This document shows, piece by piece, positions 27,841 through 42,224 of a stretch of DNA of 64,000 nucleotides. Source of the DNA: Chrysomallon squamiferum (taxonomy: Eukaryota > Animalia > Mollusca). How positions within the stretch are numbered: position 1 is the first letter of the stretch; every line of letters starts with the position of its first letter. The stretch covers positions 32,054,001-32,118,000 of the forward strand of contig CM022665.1 of the NCBI GenBank assembly GCA_012295275.1, read 5' to 3'. The notes under the pieces were generated by a model. That model was given only the letters and a program-made list of their open reading frames with translations. It ran no database searches and was not told the origin of the DNA. Both the position numbers and the translations under genes were made by a program.

Positions 27841-28483
27841 CTTAATTTTAAATTTGTCATTTACTTATTCAAAACAAAAACAACAATTTAAAAAAAAATA
27901 AAAAATAAAAATGAAACAACCATGCAGTAAAACAAAAATATATATGGATGATTGTTTAATTTTTATTAATGTTATTTTATTTTAAATGTAATCAGAAGTA
28001 TATCTAGTTTTACCTGACTTATAACCGATTCAATATATTGAGCCAAATTTAAAAAAAAAAAAAATTCATAATACATTAAACAAAAAATTTAAAAGGAAAT
28101 TGAACAATGTAAAACATTTGCATTATATAATTTAAAACAACATTGCTGTTATAAACTCTGAGATAATCAATACTGTAATAGATTTTAATAACAGAATTTA
28201 AAAAACAATTAATCAGCCAATAAAAACACTGGAACAAAATGAATGATATCACATGAGTAAATGAAAATATGCAATGGCTGAGTGTAATTTATAACTGTTT
28301 TTTAATGTTAGGGACTTGGTAGAAGATTAACAGGAAAATCTACAACTGCAGCCACGCTGCACGATCAATGTCTTGTAATACTTAGGCAAACAGTTAACAC
28401 TGGAGGAAAATTGATCTGCACAACCAAAGGGATATAGAATTCTGTCAGCACACACAAAGCCAAATAACAAATAACATAGATGT

Positions 28484-28970
28484 TTAATGAAACCTTTATT
28501 TAACTTTTTGTTAAAACCTTTGTTTCATCTTTTTAATTAAATTCTTGTCTCACCTTCTTAATGAAAATTTTGTTTGTTTTGGGGTGGGTTTTTTTACTTT
28601 TTAATAAAATCTTTGTTTTACCTTCTTAATGAAACCATTGTCTCACCCTTTTAATTATATTCTTGTTTCACCTTCTTAATGAAATTATTGTTTCATTTTT
28701 TTAATGTAATATTTAAATTACCTTCTTGATGAAATTTTGTTTCACCTTCTAACTGAAACTTTTGTTCACTTTCTTAATGAAACTTTTGGTTCACTTTCTT
28801 AATGAAATTTTTGTTTGACCTTTTTAATGAAACTTTTAATTCACCTACTTGACAAAATATTTTGTTTTACCTACTTTAGTTTCACTTTGCAATAAAACCT
28901 TCATTCCACTTACTAAAATCTTGGTTTCACATTCAAGATGATATCTTTATTTCCCCAACATGATGAAACC
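28484..28970. repeat. 25-bp minisatellite, roughly 15-19 degenerate copies
   Basis: Unit approximately ttaatgaaacttttgtttcaccttc. Confidence 0.9.
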
Positions 28971-31900
28971 ATAAACACATTTTTTTTACAAAACCTTATT
29001 TCACATTATTGATGAAATGTTTTTTGTTTTTTTTAAAATAAGTTTATTAAAATATTCATGATACATAGTCAGAAACAATGTTTTGTTGTTAATGTTGCTG
29101 CTGTTACTCCTACTACTACTAAAAGTACTACTACTAATAATAATGATAAAATTAAAACAATTATGCATTTCTTCTTTCTGTATTTTAACTCTAAACAACA
29201 TTAACTATTACTGAATGCCTTTTTGAAGTGACTTAATATTCTCAGACATTAAATAAATATTCCATTCTGACCAGTGGTCAATAACAATCACAATAGATAT
29301 AAAAAGATTCTCTGCTAACTGATTATCAAGGCTCCATTGCATGTTTTATTTCTAAAGCTCCAATATACTGTGATGTATTAAAGTGTTAAATAATTCCTGA
29401 TTAAAATGCATGCCAGAATAACATGAATTGTTCCTTTGTCTTCTTCCTATAGGCAATGAATCTTTAATTATTGATCAAGCATGGGATGTACAGTTCAGTG
29501 CCAACTCCAGTGGGCTTTGAAGGTGGTAGATTGTTTTACAGCCACAGATGAAGTACATCAGTGGTTTCTGATAGTTATCTTTCTCATTTGCAAATAATGT
29601 TTCTTTTGTATGTGAATGTTAATTGTATCATATACTGTCAGCTTTTTGGTACTGCTGATAAAAATCTACGTATATATTTAGAACATTAAATTTTAATAAT
29701 CTTCAAATATGAATTATTGTTATTTTTTATTATTATATGGTCAAATTACTTTAGTGACTCCAGTGAAATGAATGATTTTGATGTTAAAAGCAACAAAAAA
29801 AATTAAAAAATAGTGTAAAATAATAATAATGATGATGATGATGAGAACAAGAACAAGAAAATTATTTTAGAAAGGAAAATCATTTTTTCTATTTACACAC
29901 AAAAAACATGAGTGACTGGTGACAAAAAAAAATAAAAAAAAGCTCTTTGTAACACGAAAAATTGAATAAATAAACCATAAAAGATTTTCTATGTTAACAC
30001 ATTGAAGTTAAGGCCATGTCAGTTTTCAGTGAACATATCCTAACATTTCTTGTAACACAGTATGGAGAAAACTTATTAAAGCTGACCAAATCTAAAGATA
30101 ATATTAACAAATCAATTGGTCTGCTAATTGCCAAATGTTTGATAAATGAACTAATAATGGAATTAGTCATGGAAATCTTCTGTGGAGGACTGTAAATGTA
30201 TCTCTGAGAGATACTGAGATCTGATGCATGGATTGTAATCTGAAGAAGGCAGCAAGGACATTAACAGTGGTGTGGATAATTAATGTGTAAAAAACATTTT
30301 TGTGGCATACAGAAGCATTTAATAACACTAAAGACTTTGAATTATTATGAATTTATTCTGATGGTTATGAATCTTCTGTTAAGTGACTGTGAAAATAATG
30401 ATTATGATAAAAACAATAAATGAGGTGATAATGAAAATAATAAAAACAACAACACTAAATGTTAAAATGTTATTACTTAATGTTGTTGAATGATTTCCCA
30501 TTCCAAACAGTGCTCTTTAAGAAAAGATTTCTGCCTACAATGAATGAACGCTTGTTAAAAATATTTAGCAAATGTTTGGTTTATGATTATTAGTTGTTGA
30601 TAATGTGATTTTGTACAGGTAGTAACAGAAAGGAAAACTTTTGCTATTAACGTATGCCATACTTTTACTGATCACCAGCAAGATATAATTTTATAAGCAC
30701 CTTCCTTTTTCCTTTTTTAAATAAAACTGTTTCCTACAATTGTAAGGGAAATTATTGACTATGTAAGAGAAATTATTCACTGTAATTATAAGGAAATTAT
30801 TCTCTAAGATGCCAATAACAAAACATTTAACCAATAGTTGATACACTGAGTGCACTCACTTTTCTGTAAACAGTTAATTTTGTTATTATCCCTCTGAGAC
30901 TGTTTATTTTTTAACTTTTCCAATAAAAAGGATTTGAATTAAAGTTTTGTCTTTAAAAATACTTATATAAAAGAAATCCATATGTCAAAGACTGTATAAC
31001 CCCAACTTAAACAATATGCTCAAATTGTTTATTTATACCCATTTTGTTTAACATCTCCTTAAACAATAAAGATTGTCATTTCAACCAAAAATAAATACTG
31101 CCCTTTATGCAAGACCTCTCTGTATTAAGTGGGTAATTTTCAAAAATATCTTCATTATTCTCTCAAGTTTACTAAGTTAACCATCAACAATATAAAAATA
31201 ATTTTTGCATTATTGATGGAATCATAATTTTCCAGATAACAGCATTTTAGTGTTTGTTTATTCCTTGCCAGCAGGAGCAAAGTTAAGGTTTATTACAGGT
31301 AAACTATGAAGTCAGTAGTGTGAAAAGTGCCTGCCTAATATTGCCTGGCAATTACCAAGTGTTTTGCTCAGAAATGTAATAGTTCTATTGATTATCTTCA
31401 AACTCAATGATATTCCAAGAAGGTCATTTTGTTAAACATAAAAAAAATTAGGCAAAAAAAAAAAAAAAAAAAAAATTGTGGTAGACATTTTGTTCCAAGT
31501 TAATAATTTATTATTGATTGGGAATAAAATGTGGTAACCCATTTTTATTAGGTGTGTAACAACTCTGGATCAACACTGGTATAGTAAAAATGTTTTCAAA
31601 ATTTATTGCTTGTATGAAATAATATTTCATTTTTATGGGTCTGGATTTTTATTTCTGCAGAAAATTTACATCTTTTTTCTTCTTTTTTTCTTTTTCTTTT
31701 TTCTTATTTATTTATTTATTTATTTTTACCTATTTATTTATTTATTTAGTTTTTCAAGCATTTCTGTAACTGCTTTGCTCTTTTAGCACTACATTCATCT
31801 CTGTCATACACACTATTTTTTAATGAACGTTACTTTCAAGCAAGCTTTAGGAATCTACTACATTTTGTGGAAATATATTTGCATAAGACATGATGGGGTA

Positions 31901-32270
31901 AAAGATTAACTCTACTTTATTGAAATATTGGACAATTTCCTATTCCAAACACTTGTTTATCAAATGATGTAATATATTCTTTACTGTTTAATGAAAAAGG
32001 TGCTTATGAAAGATAGCATAATAATAGTCAGTGGAGTGGTTTCATTGACCTCTTCCTCCTCTATTAAAATATCAGAAAAAATCTAACAAAACAAAGAAAG
32101 AAAGAAACAAAAAAAACACCCAGAAAAACCATGAATGCATATACATACATCAGTCTTAATTACTTTATAGTTATATTATGTAATAACATGATTCAAGATT
32201 TAGATAATAAACCAGTGACATATTACCATTTTAGTAACAATTACTGGTGTCTAAATTAAAAGAATCAGAA

Positions 32271-32575
32271 TAGTGCTTAGTGGTTAAACAGCTTGTCTGA
32301 GTTTGTCTATTCAGTACAACTATTCGTTTACCACCGCCCCACATGATTACTGCCTTTAACCTGCTACTGATTTATCAAAAACAGTCATATGTGCTTTCTT
32401 GTCCACAGATCAGTATATATAAAATATCTGTTGGTATTACTAAGAACAGCCCATGGAGTGGTGGCAGCAAATTATCTGCTGTTTATTATCATTATTATAC
32501 TAGAAATACATACTTGACAACTAATAACACTTACTACTGAAATGTGTTGAAGTGTCATTAAAAATTAACAATCAT
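32271..32575 (+). mobile_element. Near full-length (~300 bp) SINE copy
   Basis: Head gcttagtggttaaa, core tatgtgctttcttgtc...atataaaatatc...aagaacagcccatggagtggtggcagc, 3' end aaatgtgttgaagtgtcattaaa. Confidence 0.7.
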
Positions 32576-33307
32576 TAATCTATTACAGTGACATCATGCT
32601 ATTGTACTAACTGAAGGATTATTTTTCACACACCCATACCCACAAACATTGCGCAGCATATATGGTTGCATGTCACCTAGCATTTAAAACATTGTCATCA
32701 CACACCTTGGTTATATTTGATTTCAAATTTCATTGGTGTTTTAATGAAACAAGAAATAAAACATTATGCAATCAGTTATTTGTTATATTTAGAAAGTGAT
32801 ATAATCAACAAGAAAAATAAAAGTATGCTTTCATGTTAAGTAATTTATTTGCTACAGAGTTCCATGAATTATTTTTCAAAATCTGCATTCCTTGAATATT
32901 TTCCTATGTGATCCTTTTTATGATTAAATGTCAGTATTAACCCCAATAACATTATCTTATTAAGTGTAAAGCACATATCCAGATATTATGCTAAGCCATT
33001 ATGATAAAAGTTTGTGATTTCAGTTATGAGATGAAGTACACTGAAAATATTGTGCAAAAGATTAATAAAAATCTCATTTGAATTAATGATTTAGGATTAT
33101 TTTACAATTTAATAATGATAATAATACTGGAAAAAAAGATTGGTTTCACAAATATTAAAATATTTTGCCTCAAGAATCAGTTACCAGCTCAGTGATTAGT
33201 TTTATAAAGTTTAGTTTAAAAAATTATAAATTATTTTTAGGAAAAATAATATACTGGCTTGTGTTAAAGTGAAAAAAAAAAGTTATGTTATGAAGATTTC
33301 ATTGTAA

Positions 33308-33565
33308 TGAATAAATACATATTTAACATCACCTCAACCAATTTTAATATTACCAGTATTAATATATGATTTTAATCATTGATAAAATGTGTGTGGGAAG
33401 CTATGCTATCACTCTAAAAGATCCTTTACATCATCCTTTCCAAAGAAAGGATAACATTTAGCATAACATTTGATAAATCAGTAGATCACTGGTGTGGTTG
33501 AAGCACAAACGAAGATGGTTACTGATCTCCACAATGTCTCATGCAAGTGTTTGACTATGCATATG
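33308..33565 (-). mobile_element. Near full-length SINE copy
   Basis: tatttaacatcacctcaac (3' end reversed), aaaagatcctttacatcatcctttcc...aggataaca, cactggtgtgg. Confidence 0.55.
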
Positions 33566-33729
33566 TGTTGTTTGAATTACTGAGCACTTTATTTTAATGT
33601 ATAATAATAATGTAAATGAATTAAAATTATGTAATGGTATTTCTGTATGTTTTTAACTTAATAAATACAGATAGCCATTTAATTTAATATATACATTAAA
33701 ATAATACACTGGCTTTGTTTAAAGAACAA

Positions 33730-34100
33730 ATAAATGACTGTTTAATGAAATTTAAAAATATATTTTTATATTAATAGTTAACAGGTGTGAGATATATGAT
33801 TCTACAATGATACTGCAACATATTCAGATGGTAATTTAAAAAGAAATGAATAACCCATAATGTTGTGGTAGTGGTAATCATATGATGCAGCTGATTATAG
33901 TCTTTCAACAGAAAAAAAAAAATCTGTCTTTAAATAAAATACGTTTCTTCATTGCCTCTGAACTATGTTAGAAGCATGAAATTCTTAAAATGCTCTTTCT
34001 TATTGACAGGACTGCACATACCAAAACAATTCATAAACCAGGTTTAGGGAAGAGGCTGGAACAGGGATGTGTACTGAGGAATGTACTGACTGCATCTTCA
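33730..34100 (-). mobile_element. Decayed SINE copy
   Basis: The minus strand reads gttccagcc...ctggtttat...tggtatgtgcagtcctgtc...gcattttaagaatttcatgcttctaa, colinear with the family core. Confidence 0.6.
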
Positions 34101-35182
34101 AATAAAATTTAAAAAAAAGCAAAAAAAGATTATAAAATGAAGAATCTAAATCCTGCACGAATAATGATGTTATATCTGCTCCAATAATTGATTTGTGAAA
34201 CACATGTAAATTTATTTATTAGTGGAATACTGAAATGTGTACCAGATCCAGCTTAATACTTCTGGATTAAGAACAAATGGTTTAAATAAATCACAATTTC
34301 AGATCATGTTCACACTAAATCAGGTTACAGTTTTAAACTGGATACAAATGTTTCATGTCTCTGATGGTAAATGATTTAGTTTACAAAATGTATAGCACTG
34401 ATTTTTCTTTATTCCTTGACCTGGATTTATCACTGGAACCATTTTGTTTTTGTCTTTATGTAATTTTTTCACTTGGATTATAAAAAATAGGATGTTTTTT
34501 CTCTTTATGTGTTTTCTTTCTCCCTTTCTCTCTGCTAAAATCTCCTAAAAAAAAAACCCCCAAACAAACAGGTAAAAAAGCTGCCAAAACAAATAACAAC
34601 ATTATTCATATCAAGCCATACATTTTGCCAAAATATTCTTATTCTAATATCAAAATTATGTTAAAATGATAAAAACTAATAGTTTTGTTAAATGTTTTTT
34701 AGAAATACATTTGTTCTTACGTGCATACATTTGGAAGTTCTGTAGAAAAAGAACACCCATATAATACTTCTATTAATGAAAAAACATTAGCGTTCTTTGA
34801 TTCTTAATGTCTAGAGATTTCAAAAATATGTCCATTACTAAAAAAAAACATTATTACACATTAACAAATAAATAAACAAATAAAAAAAAAATACATAAAA
34901 AATACAATAATCCAAAAGAAGATAAAAAGGGCAACACCCAACAAAATTAGCATACATATTTTTCTGAAGCATACTGATTTTCTCTCTGCCCCTTTCAGCA
35001 ATGAAGAAATACTTTCTACCAGTCACAGCAAGCAGAAATTAAGCACTGCTGATTTTTATATTGAACACCACATGTGTGGAACAGAGCTGGCAATCTGCTA
35101 ACAGTATTGAACCCATTGAAGGTTGGCCAGTGTGGCGGCTCAAGGCAGATTAAGCACAATTTCCTAATTTAATGTCTTTCAC

Positions 35183-35242
35183 CTTGGTAGTGGTCAGCCT
35201 GTCAGGCAGACCTAGTAGTGTGGAACAGTTATATGGTCTCAT
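35183..35242 (-). CDS. Weak candidate first exon MRPYNCSTLLGLPDRLTTTK, phase-0 donor
   Basis: AAG|GTGAAA donor with an in-frame ATG, inside a GC-richer island (35020-35280). May be chance. Confidence 0.25.
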
Positions 35243-35387
35243 CAAGTTGTTGAGTCACAGCAGTAGTCCACTGAAGTATCATCATTAATGTTTCCAAAAC
35301 AGCTGATTTATGTAAATTATATAAATGATTGGTTACATCCATCCAGAGGCTATTTTTATTAAACTTTTCATTTATCCCTTATCCCAA

Positions 35388-35635
35388 GCCATTGATTTAT
35401 AGAGTATGTTATGATATATTAATATATAATTTACATTATGATCCATTAATACATAATGTACAGTGTGATCTATTTATTCCTAACGTACATTCTGATTCAT
35501 TTATGTATAATGAATATAATTATCCATTTGCTGATTATATATAACCAGTTCCATTTGTGAATAGTGTATATTCTGATCCATTCATTCATAATGTATATTC
35601 TGACTCATTTTGATATAATGTATATTCTGATCCAG
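35388..35635. repeat. 27-bp minisatellite, about 9 copies
   Basis: Unit approximately atccattnattcataatgtatattctg; ends directly at the hairpin. Confidence 0.85.
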
Positions 35636-35637
35636 TG

Positions 35638-35749
35638 ATTAGTTGATTAGAACATTATATATGTGGACTGATGAAGATACAGGGTGTCATTAATTCATAC
35701 ACACCTGTATTTTCATCAATCCACATATATAATATTCTAATCAACTAAT
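35638..35749. repeat. Near-perfect inverted repeat with ~50-bp arms and an 11-nt loop
   Basis: Left arm attagttgattagaacattatatatgtggactgatgaagatacagggtgt pairs with right arm acacacctgtattttcatcaatccacatatataatattctaatcaactaat, with 3 substitutions and 1 indel. Confidence 0.95.
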
Positions 35750-37043
35750 TTTTATCACCTAATTGATTCATAAAATATCATTTGCTAAAATGAAAAAAAT
35801 AACAGTAAACTTAACTAATATATATTTTTGGGAGTTAGTAATAAGAGTAAAATAATAATAATAATAAAAAATTATTGTTTCTGCTGCACTGTTTTGGATG
35901 ATTTAAAAGACATTTGTTTTTCGCCTATGATATTATCACAAGACTGAAAATGCAAGTTCATGGACTCCAGTAATGACTTTTTCTAGGTTCATGATGAGTA
36001 CCTTCACACTTTCACCCAGTAGATAACCTTGGCTTTGCTACAAAGACATTCCATCACCTCTATAACAATGAAACTGCACTGAAAACATCTTTATTTGCAG
36101 TTCTTCACTATATACCATAGTGCACCAAACTCCACCAAGGAATTTGATCAAACATACATGTACTAATTCTACATGTTCAAATCTGGTAACATTGGAATAT
36201 AATACATCCTTCTGACAGATATTGTTAACAGTTTAAAATTCCTGGCAGACATCTGCATTTTTTAGCAGCCATCTTAAAAGCAACTGGCAAATTTGAATAA
36301 ATATATTTCAGATTTTTCACAGATCTGTGCACTTGCTTTTGGTTTATAATAATAATATAATAATAACAAAACAACAACAACAACAACAATAATAATATTA
36401 TTATTATTAAGAAACATAAAAGGAGAATAAAAACAAAAAAGTTAATTTTAACAACACCAGAAGAAACCATCAATAAAGTTTATATAATAATCTGGTGTAG
36501 TTCAAACATCTAGTAATTTTCACACATAATCTTTGGGCTTTTGCAATGAAGCAAAGAGCAGTCACTTGAATGGCAAATAGTATAGCAAATAATTTTTAAA
36601 AAAAGAAAAGAAAAAGAAAACATAACAGAAAAATAATAGTATAATTAAAAATAAAATAAAAATAAAATTTAAAAAATGGAGATATATTTATAGATATTCA
36701 TTTCTGACTTCATTTTAGAAAAGCTGTAATTATTAATAATTAATATGCAAGAACAGTTTTAGAACGTCTAGTATAAAGGATATTTTAGAAAACACAGCAT
36801 TTATTGCTTATTAATCCAAGGCAAAACTATCTGGGATGTCATAAAGCTTTTGCAAAAACCTGTACCTATCCATATATATATATATGTATATATTCTGTTT
36901 CATGTTTTATTTATAAAGAACAGCATAAAGTGCAGGTTTCAATTAAAGTCAGGTAATTGGAAAAAAAAAACAGAACACTTTCCTATGAGCTAATTAAATG
37001 AAATAATAACTAACTTACTACATCTGCTGTATGTAAAGAATGG

Positions 37044-37407
37044 ATTGTGGCTCTGTGGTTAGAGTGTATGTCTAAGGAAATAATGCAGCCACAAGATCAA
37101 ACCTTTATGGTGCATCCTCTGATTATTTCCCATTCCAACCAGTGTCCTTGTTTATCAGAAGCAGAGGTAAATGTGTTCCTGTTTATGGCAAGGTGTGTAT
37201 AAAGGTTAATAGATAAAAATGAGCCTATTGAGAGTCACTTTTTCATTTTTTTTTTTTTTTTATATGCACTGATATACAGAATTGAAATCTAAGGAGTTTC
37301 AGTTACTATATTTTTACTTTCATAACAGAAAGAGTATAACTGACACCTAATTAAATGTAAATATTAAATTTTATTGAAATGTGAAAAATATTAATTTATT
37401 CATTCAT
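37044..37407 (+). mobile_element. Near full-length SINE copy with the clearest tRNA-like head
   Basis: A-box-like TGGCTCTGTGG (37048), B-box-like AGATCAAACC (37094), tatttcccattccaaccagtg (37124), core, and tail ttattcattcat. Confidence 0.7.
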
Positions 37408-40400
37408 ATATTCTGCAAATTATTTATAATATCACAACTTATTGTAATAACACAAAGATCACATTCAAATAACAACATGAAGTATTAATAGGCACTTTCT
37501 GAGATTTCTTTTCACACAGAATGTTACTTATATTTACTGTATGTTCATTTATTTCTTCTTAAATTAACTTGCTGGTCTTGTTCAGTTACGGTGCAGTATC
37601 TTGACCAACACCTACTACAAAAACTGTATTTTCAAAGCAATGTTTAGTTAGTATGTCAGATTGTTAGTTTCTAATTAGTTCTGGAAAGAAGTCAATACAA
37701 GGTTTTAGTTCTAGCAAACCTTTAAAAAGATTATAAAAAAAAAACATTTCTTCAGTAACGGAATAATTTAGAAAATAAAGCAAAATGTATTTTTTTGAAT
37801 TCCACTTTGAACTGTTTTTGGGAGGCTGTGAATTCTTTGTGTAGAAAACAGACATTTGTGATGATAGCTGAATGGTGATGTCAGTATTTTCAACAAAGAG
37901 AAAATTGTTTATGTATTGTTTAATGCACAGTAAAGAAAAGCTGTTTTTTAAATGTTTCTTTTAGATGTTAAAAATAGACATTTCAATTTCCACACACAAG
38001 TTTTGTTGTTTGTTAAACACTGGTTTTTAAAGTTCTAAGATGACATCAATAAACACATTTATATAATTATCATTAATAAAAGAGGTAAAAAAATGTAATT
38101 ACAATGATTAAAAAACAAACATAAAACTTAAGTATTTATAATTATTCATTCTATAAATGTTAAAGATTTTAATTTTCATTTTATGTGTGCAAAAAATATG
38201 AATTTTATATATTTTGAATAATTTGTGATAAAAACAGACTGAAAATTGTAAAAAAAACAACATAAGTTTTGTAATAGTAATTAAAAAAAAAAAAAAAAAA
38301 TCATCAACAAATAATATATGTAGCACTATTCCTCTAAACTGCTACTGTCAGTTTTAGCCTTGAATTTAAAAACAGAGCAACAACATCAAGGCAACACCCA
38401 CATAGAAAACAAGAAATGTTAGCATGACATTATAATTGCAGCATTTCCACTCTCACACTGCATGTAAAACTTGTTATAACAAGCTGTTATTTCTAGACCT
38501 GACAACTTGATGCATGTTAGACAATGTTTTTTGGCTAATTTTTTATTTTTTATATTTTGTGTGACAAACAAAAGCCGGATATTTCCAATGGGTTGGTACT
38601 TACAAGACTCCTTCATAATGGGCTAATTGCAAAAGCTGTCAAATGTGAACAAGTGGTGCAATTTTCCACACTGGTTTTAATCATTTTGAAAAAGTGTTGC
38701 CTTTGTTTTCATATTGTGTTTTACAAGGTTGAACACCACTAATCTGCCCTCATGGTGCTGAATGTCAGTCAGGATAACAGGAAATGAGATGAAATGAGGA
38801 TAAATGTGTGAAAGATTAGCAGTCCACATGCTCTGCTTTTGTATTCAGAACATTAAGTCTTAACTTGTTTGATACATCAAACTTGCCAAGCTGAGACATG
38901 TGAAATAACAAAAGATAATTTAATAGTGTCACTTTCTTACTTGTTTTCCTGAAATACATTTCTGTTACCTTCTTCAGTTAGGATGAAATATATGTCAAAA
39001 GGACACAAGCTTGTACAATAATCTACCACTTTCTATTCTGTGCAACAATGAAATTATTTTGTAATCTAGAGTATTTGCAAATGGATGTTTTCCATTATAG
39101 TGATGTTTTTTTTTTCCTCTGTCATTGCCAAGTTGCTTTAAAAACAGTTTTTACTATATTTAAAAAAAAAAAAAGTGTTTTGAATAATTGACAATAAAAA
39201 TACTCTTATGAAATAAGTGGTAAGCAAAAATGTATTATAATACAACTTTTTCTTTTATTAATAAGTTTCTTAATTTATATTTTTTATTGTTATCAGTATT
39301 TTTTTTAAAACTTTCATTTGATTTGTTCCAATTTTGCTTGTTTTTTTAAAAATGATTTTTATTTATTTATTTATTTATTTATTTATTATTATTGTTGTAG
39401 TTGTTGTTAATATTATTACTGTAGTAATTTTTTTTTTTTAATTTCTTTATTTCTTTATTTTTCTGTCTGTCTACATAAAAATTTAGACAAAACAAGATTA
39501 TTACTTAGGCCATCAAAAACCCTGCATAGCATATCAGTTACATTACAGGCTGTTATTCCAAATACAGACAGAATAATTCTTATGTAATGAAACAACATGA
39601 ATACCATGTCTGAAAAATCAATTGTTTCATTACAAGACAAGGAGATGCAAGTTTATGCTATTAAAAGGCAACATTTGTTGTCCAATATTATTATATAGTT
39701 TTATTATTTCTTTTGATAAAAATATATTTTTATGAGTTATGTCACATTTGTTAACCTGATTTTTAATATAAAAATTTATATATTTGAATACAATGTCACA
39801 ATTAGTGGAAACTTTGTTATTATTGTTGTTTTTGTTTTTCTTCTTCTTCTTCATATTATTATTATTATCATCATCATCATAATCATTATCATATATATTT
39901 ATCTTTAGTCTTTTTAAAATCCAGAGTGGATATGACCTATTTATCAATTAATAGACTGTTATTCTGGATAAATGTAACCTACAGTTTTAATGTGTGTGTG
40001 TGTGTATGTGTGTTTGGTTTGTGTTATTGTTGTATTTGTTACTGGTTTTGTTTTTTAATTATCTGTTGATTACATACATTAAACAATTTTATCAATCCTC
40101 AGAGCATTATTCTTTAACATATAAACATTTACACTCCTCCATCCTTACCAAACCCATCTGCATAAACATTAATAAAACTCTTTAATTTAACTACCACCAA
40201 ACCCCGGACAGCCACAGACTACAAATATTGGGACTGCCATCACAGAATTCTTACAAGGTCTACGTCTGTCTAAGTACATAACAACATCGTTTGCAGCCAA
40301 TATTTCCTATCTTACAAATAATTCACGATAATACATTTAGTTTAACCTGTTGCCGAAGGGCAAATGTTGATTACATTGCTGTAGTGGTCATTACACTGAT

Positions 40401-41671
40401 CAAGCAAAGGAAAGCCACCATGTAATGATTCCTTTATTCAAAATTTCGTCTATTTGAGACTAACTTCATTTTATGTTTTTGACCCATATTCTCATATTTT
40501 GACCAGACAAATTGGTAGTATTGTTATTTGTTGGGAGAAAAAGGTCATCAGGTCAAAACAGAGAAGTTAAGATGTTCTAAATGTTATTTTCTTTCTATGA
40601 GTATCAAGGATAAAAAGTATGTATTTTACCCTAGTTTTCAGTATATTACCAATATTAAGGATAATCAAATTATTATTAATTATATTTAAATAAAATAAAT
40701 AAATAAAGTATATCATATTCTAATGCTTATAATTAACTTAATTTTACTCACACACACACACTTACAGATGGAATGACAGATATTGCTAAAACAAGATCTT
40801 GATGTCAAAGTTCAAAAGGTCAAGGTTAAGGTATAATCAATAAAATTTACTTTATCATTTAGAATAATGACATTTTCTAAAATCAAAAAAAGATAACAAT
40901 AAGAGGAAACATTTTAAACTGATTTGCTCTGATATTTATTCAACATATAAAAGAATTAAAAAACAATGTAGAAGATAATTTTATGAACAAAAGACAAAGT
41001 GTGTCTGTTGTATTGATTTTTGTAGACCATTTCCCAAGCAGTGATCAAACTACATTATCTGTCATCAAGTTGTGCAATTTCATTCTGATATTACATAGTT
41101 GGTAATGAGTATGTAGAGCTTTAGATTCAAATCAGAATAAATCCTATTTTGTCATACATCTCAAATAATCATGTGCTTCTTCAGTTTCACAAGGAAATAG
41201 ATTATCTCAGTACTGGAGTACTTGGATAAAGGTTAAGACCTTTTTCTGTCAACAGTAGATGTTTTTCCCATTCCACACATTTCATTTCTAGAACAGAGTT
41301 AGCTAAAATGGTTTGTTAGAGATCACTTGTTAGAAGAGGAAAGGAAAAAGACAGTGTTTTAATTTAAACTTATAATTTTTATCTTGCAGTAGGTATTGTA
41401 ACAAATACATGGATTCAGTGGTTAATGTGATATTGTTTGCAATTCTGGATGAAAGTATCCTTTACTTTTAAATTGTAGCAATAATTCTTAATTTTAATTA
41501 ACCAGAATAATAAAATGTTTCGAAGATAATGAAAATATAAATTATACATTGTACAGGTTTTTTTTTTGGTTATTATAACAATATAAATGTATATTACTAT
41601 GTATAATAATAAATGTAAATAAAAAAAAATATATTGGTTAAATAGAATCGAAAATGTTAATACTTTTAGTG

Positions 41672-41742
41672 TGAGGGAATTATGCCCTGAGGGGATTTTG
41701 TCTTGAGGGAATTATGTTCTGAAGGGATTCTGTACTGGATTC
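41672..41742. repeat. ~15-16-bp tandem repeat (gagggaattatgtcct-like, 4 copies) ending in ggattc; probable MITE subterminal array
   Basis: gagggaattatgccct gaggggattttgtctt gagggaattatgttct gaagggattctgtact ggattc. Confidence 0.7.
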
Positions 41743-42224
41743 ATATTTTTTAAACTAGTGACTGTTTTACAGATTATAAATTCCATGATACGTATTGTCT
41801 TGTCAGGCTAATGTGTAGTTATAAAAAAGATTTTTTGCTGAATAAACTATGTGAAAGAGACAACAGCAGGGAATAAGGAAAAGTTGTTGCTCAAACAAGA
41901 ACATCACCACCTGTTCAATATTGCTAAAAGAACATTTATTTTTGAGAACTTGAACCAGGGGTAACCATCTCATTATTCTTAACATGTATTTAGAAAGAAT
42001 TAAAAAACATCTGTTTTTAACATGACTTAACAAAGTAATTTTTAGCTATCAAATAACTATAACAAGTGTTATAAAAAGAAGTCCAAATACAAAATAAATA
42101 AAAATAAAAAGGCTGTCTATTAATAAAGCAGGAAAGGAAACTCTGTTTTGCAGTAATGAGTCATTTTCATGGAGATATAAACACACATTTCATCACAAAG
42201 CCAGACATTATTTGTTTGCTATCT

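Noticed and set aside
28484-28970. Regularly spaced ~25-bp repeats superficially like a CRISPR array
   Set aside because: Head-to-tail degenerate units without unique spacers, eukaryotic context and no cas genes.
29452-29522. Plus-strand acceptor followed by NESLIIDQAWDVQF...
   Set aside because: It ends in a stop with a poor donor, and no other plus-strand exons support a nested gene.
30125-30275. Possible third RT remnant (K.FDK...SHGNLLWR)
   Set aside because: It needs a frameshift and an insertion, and is too short to separate from chance.
34000-34203. ORF containing HIPVPASSL, a 7/8 match to IPVPASKL of the 49394 exon
   Set aside because: The DNA is colinear with the SINE core (gttccagcc...tggtatgtgc.gtcctgtc), and its donor is phase 2. 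The match is coincidental.
37044-37110. tRNA-like A and B boxes (also at 3611 and 32271)
   Set aside because: No cloverleaf, and the sequence continues into the SINE body; these are SINE heads, not tRNA genes.
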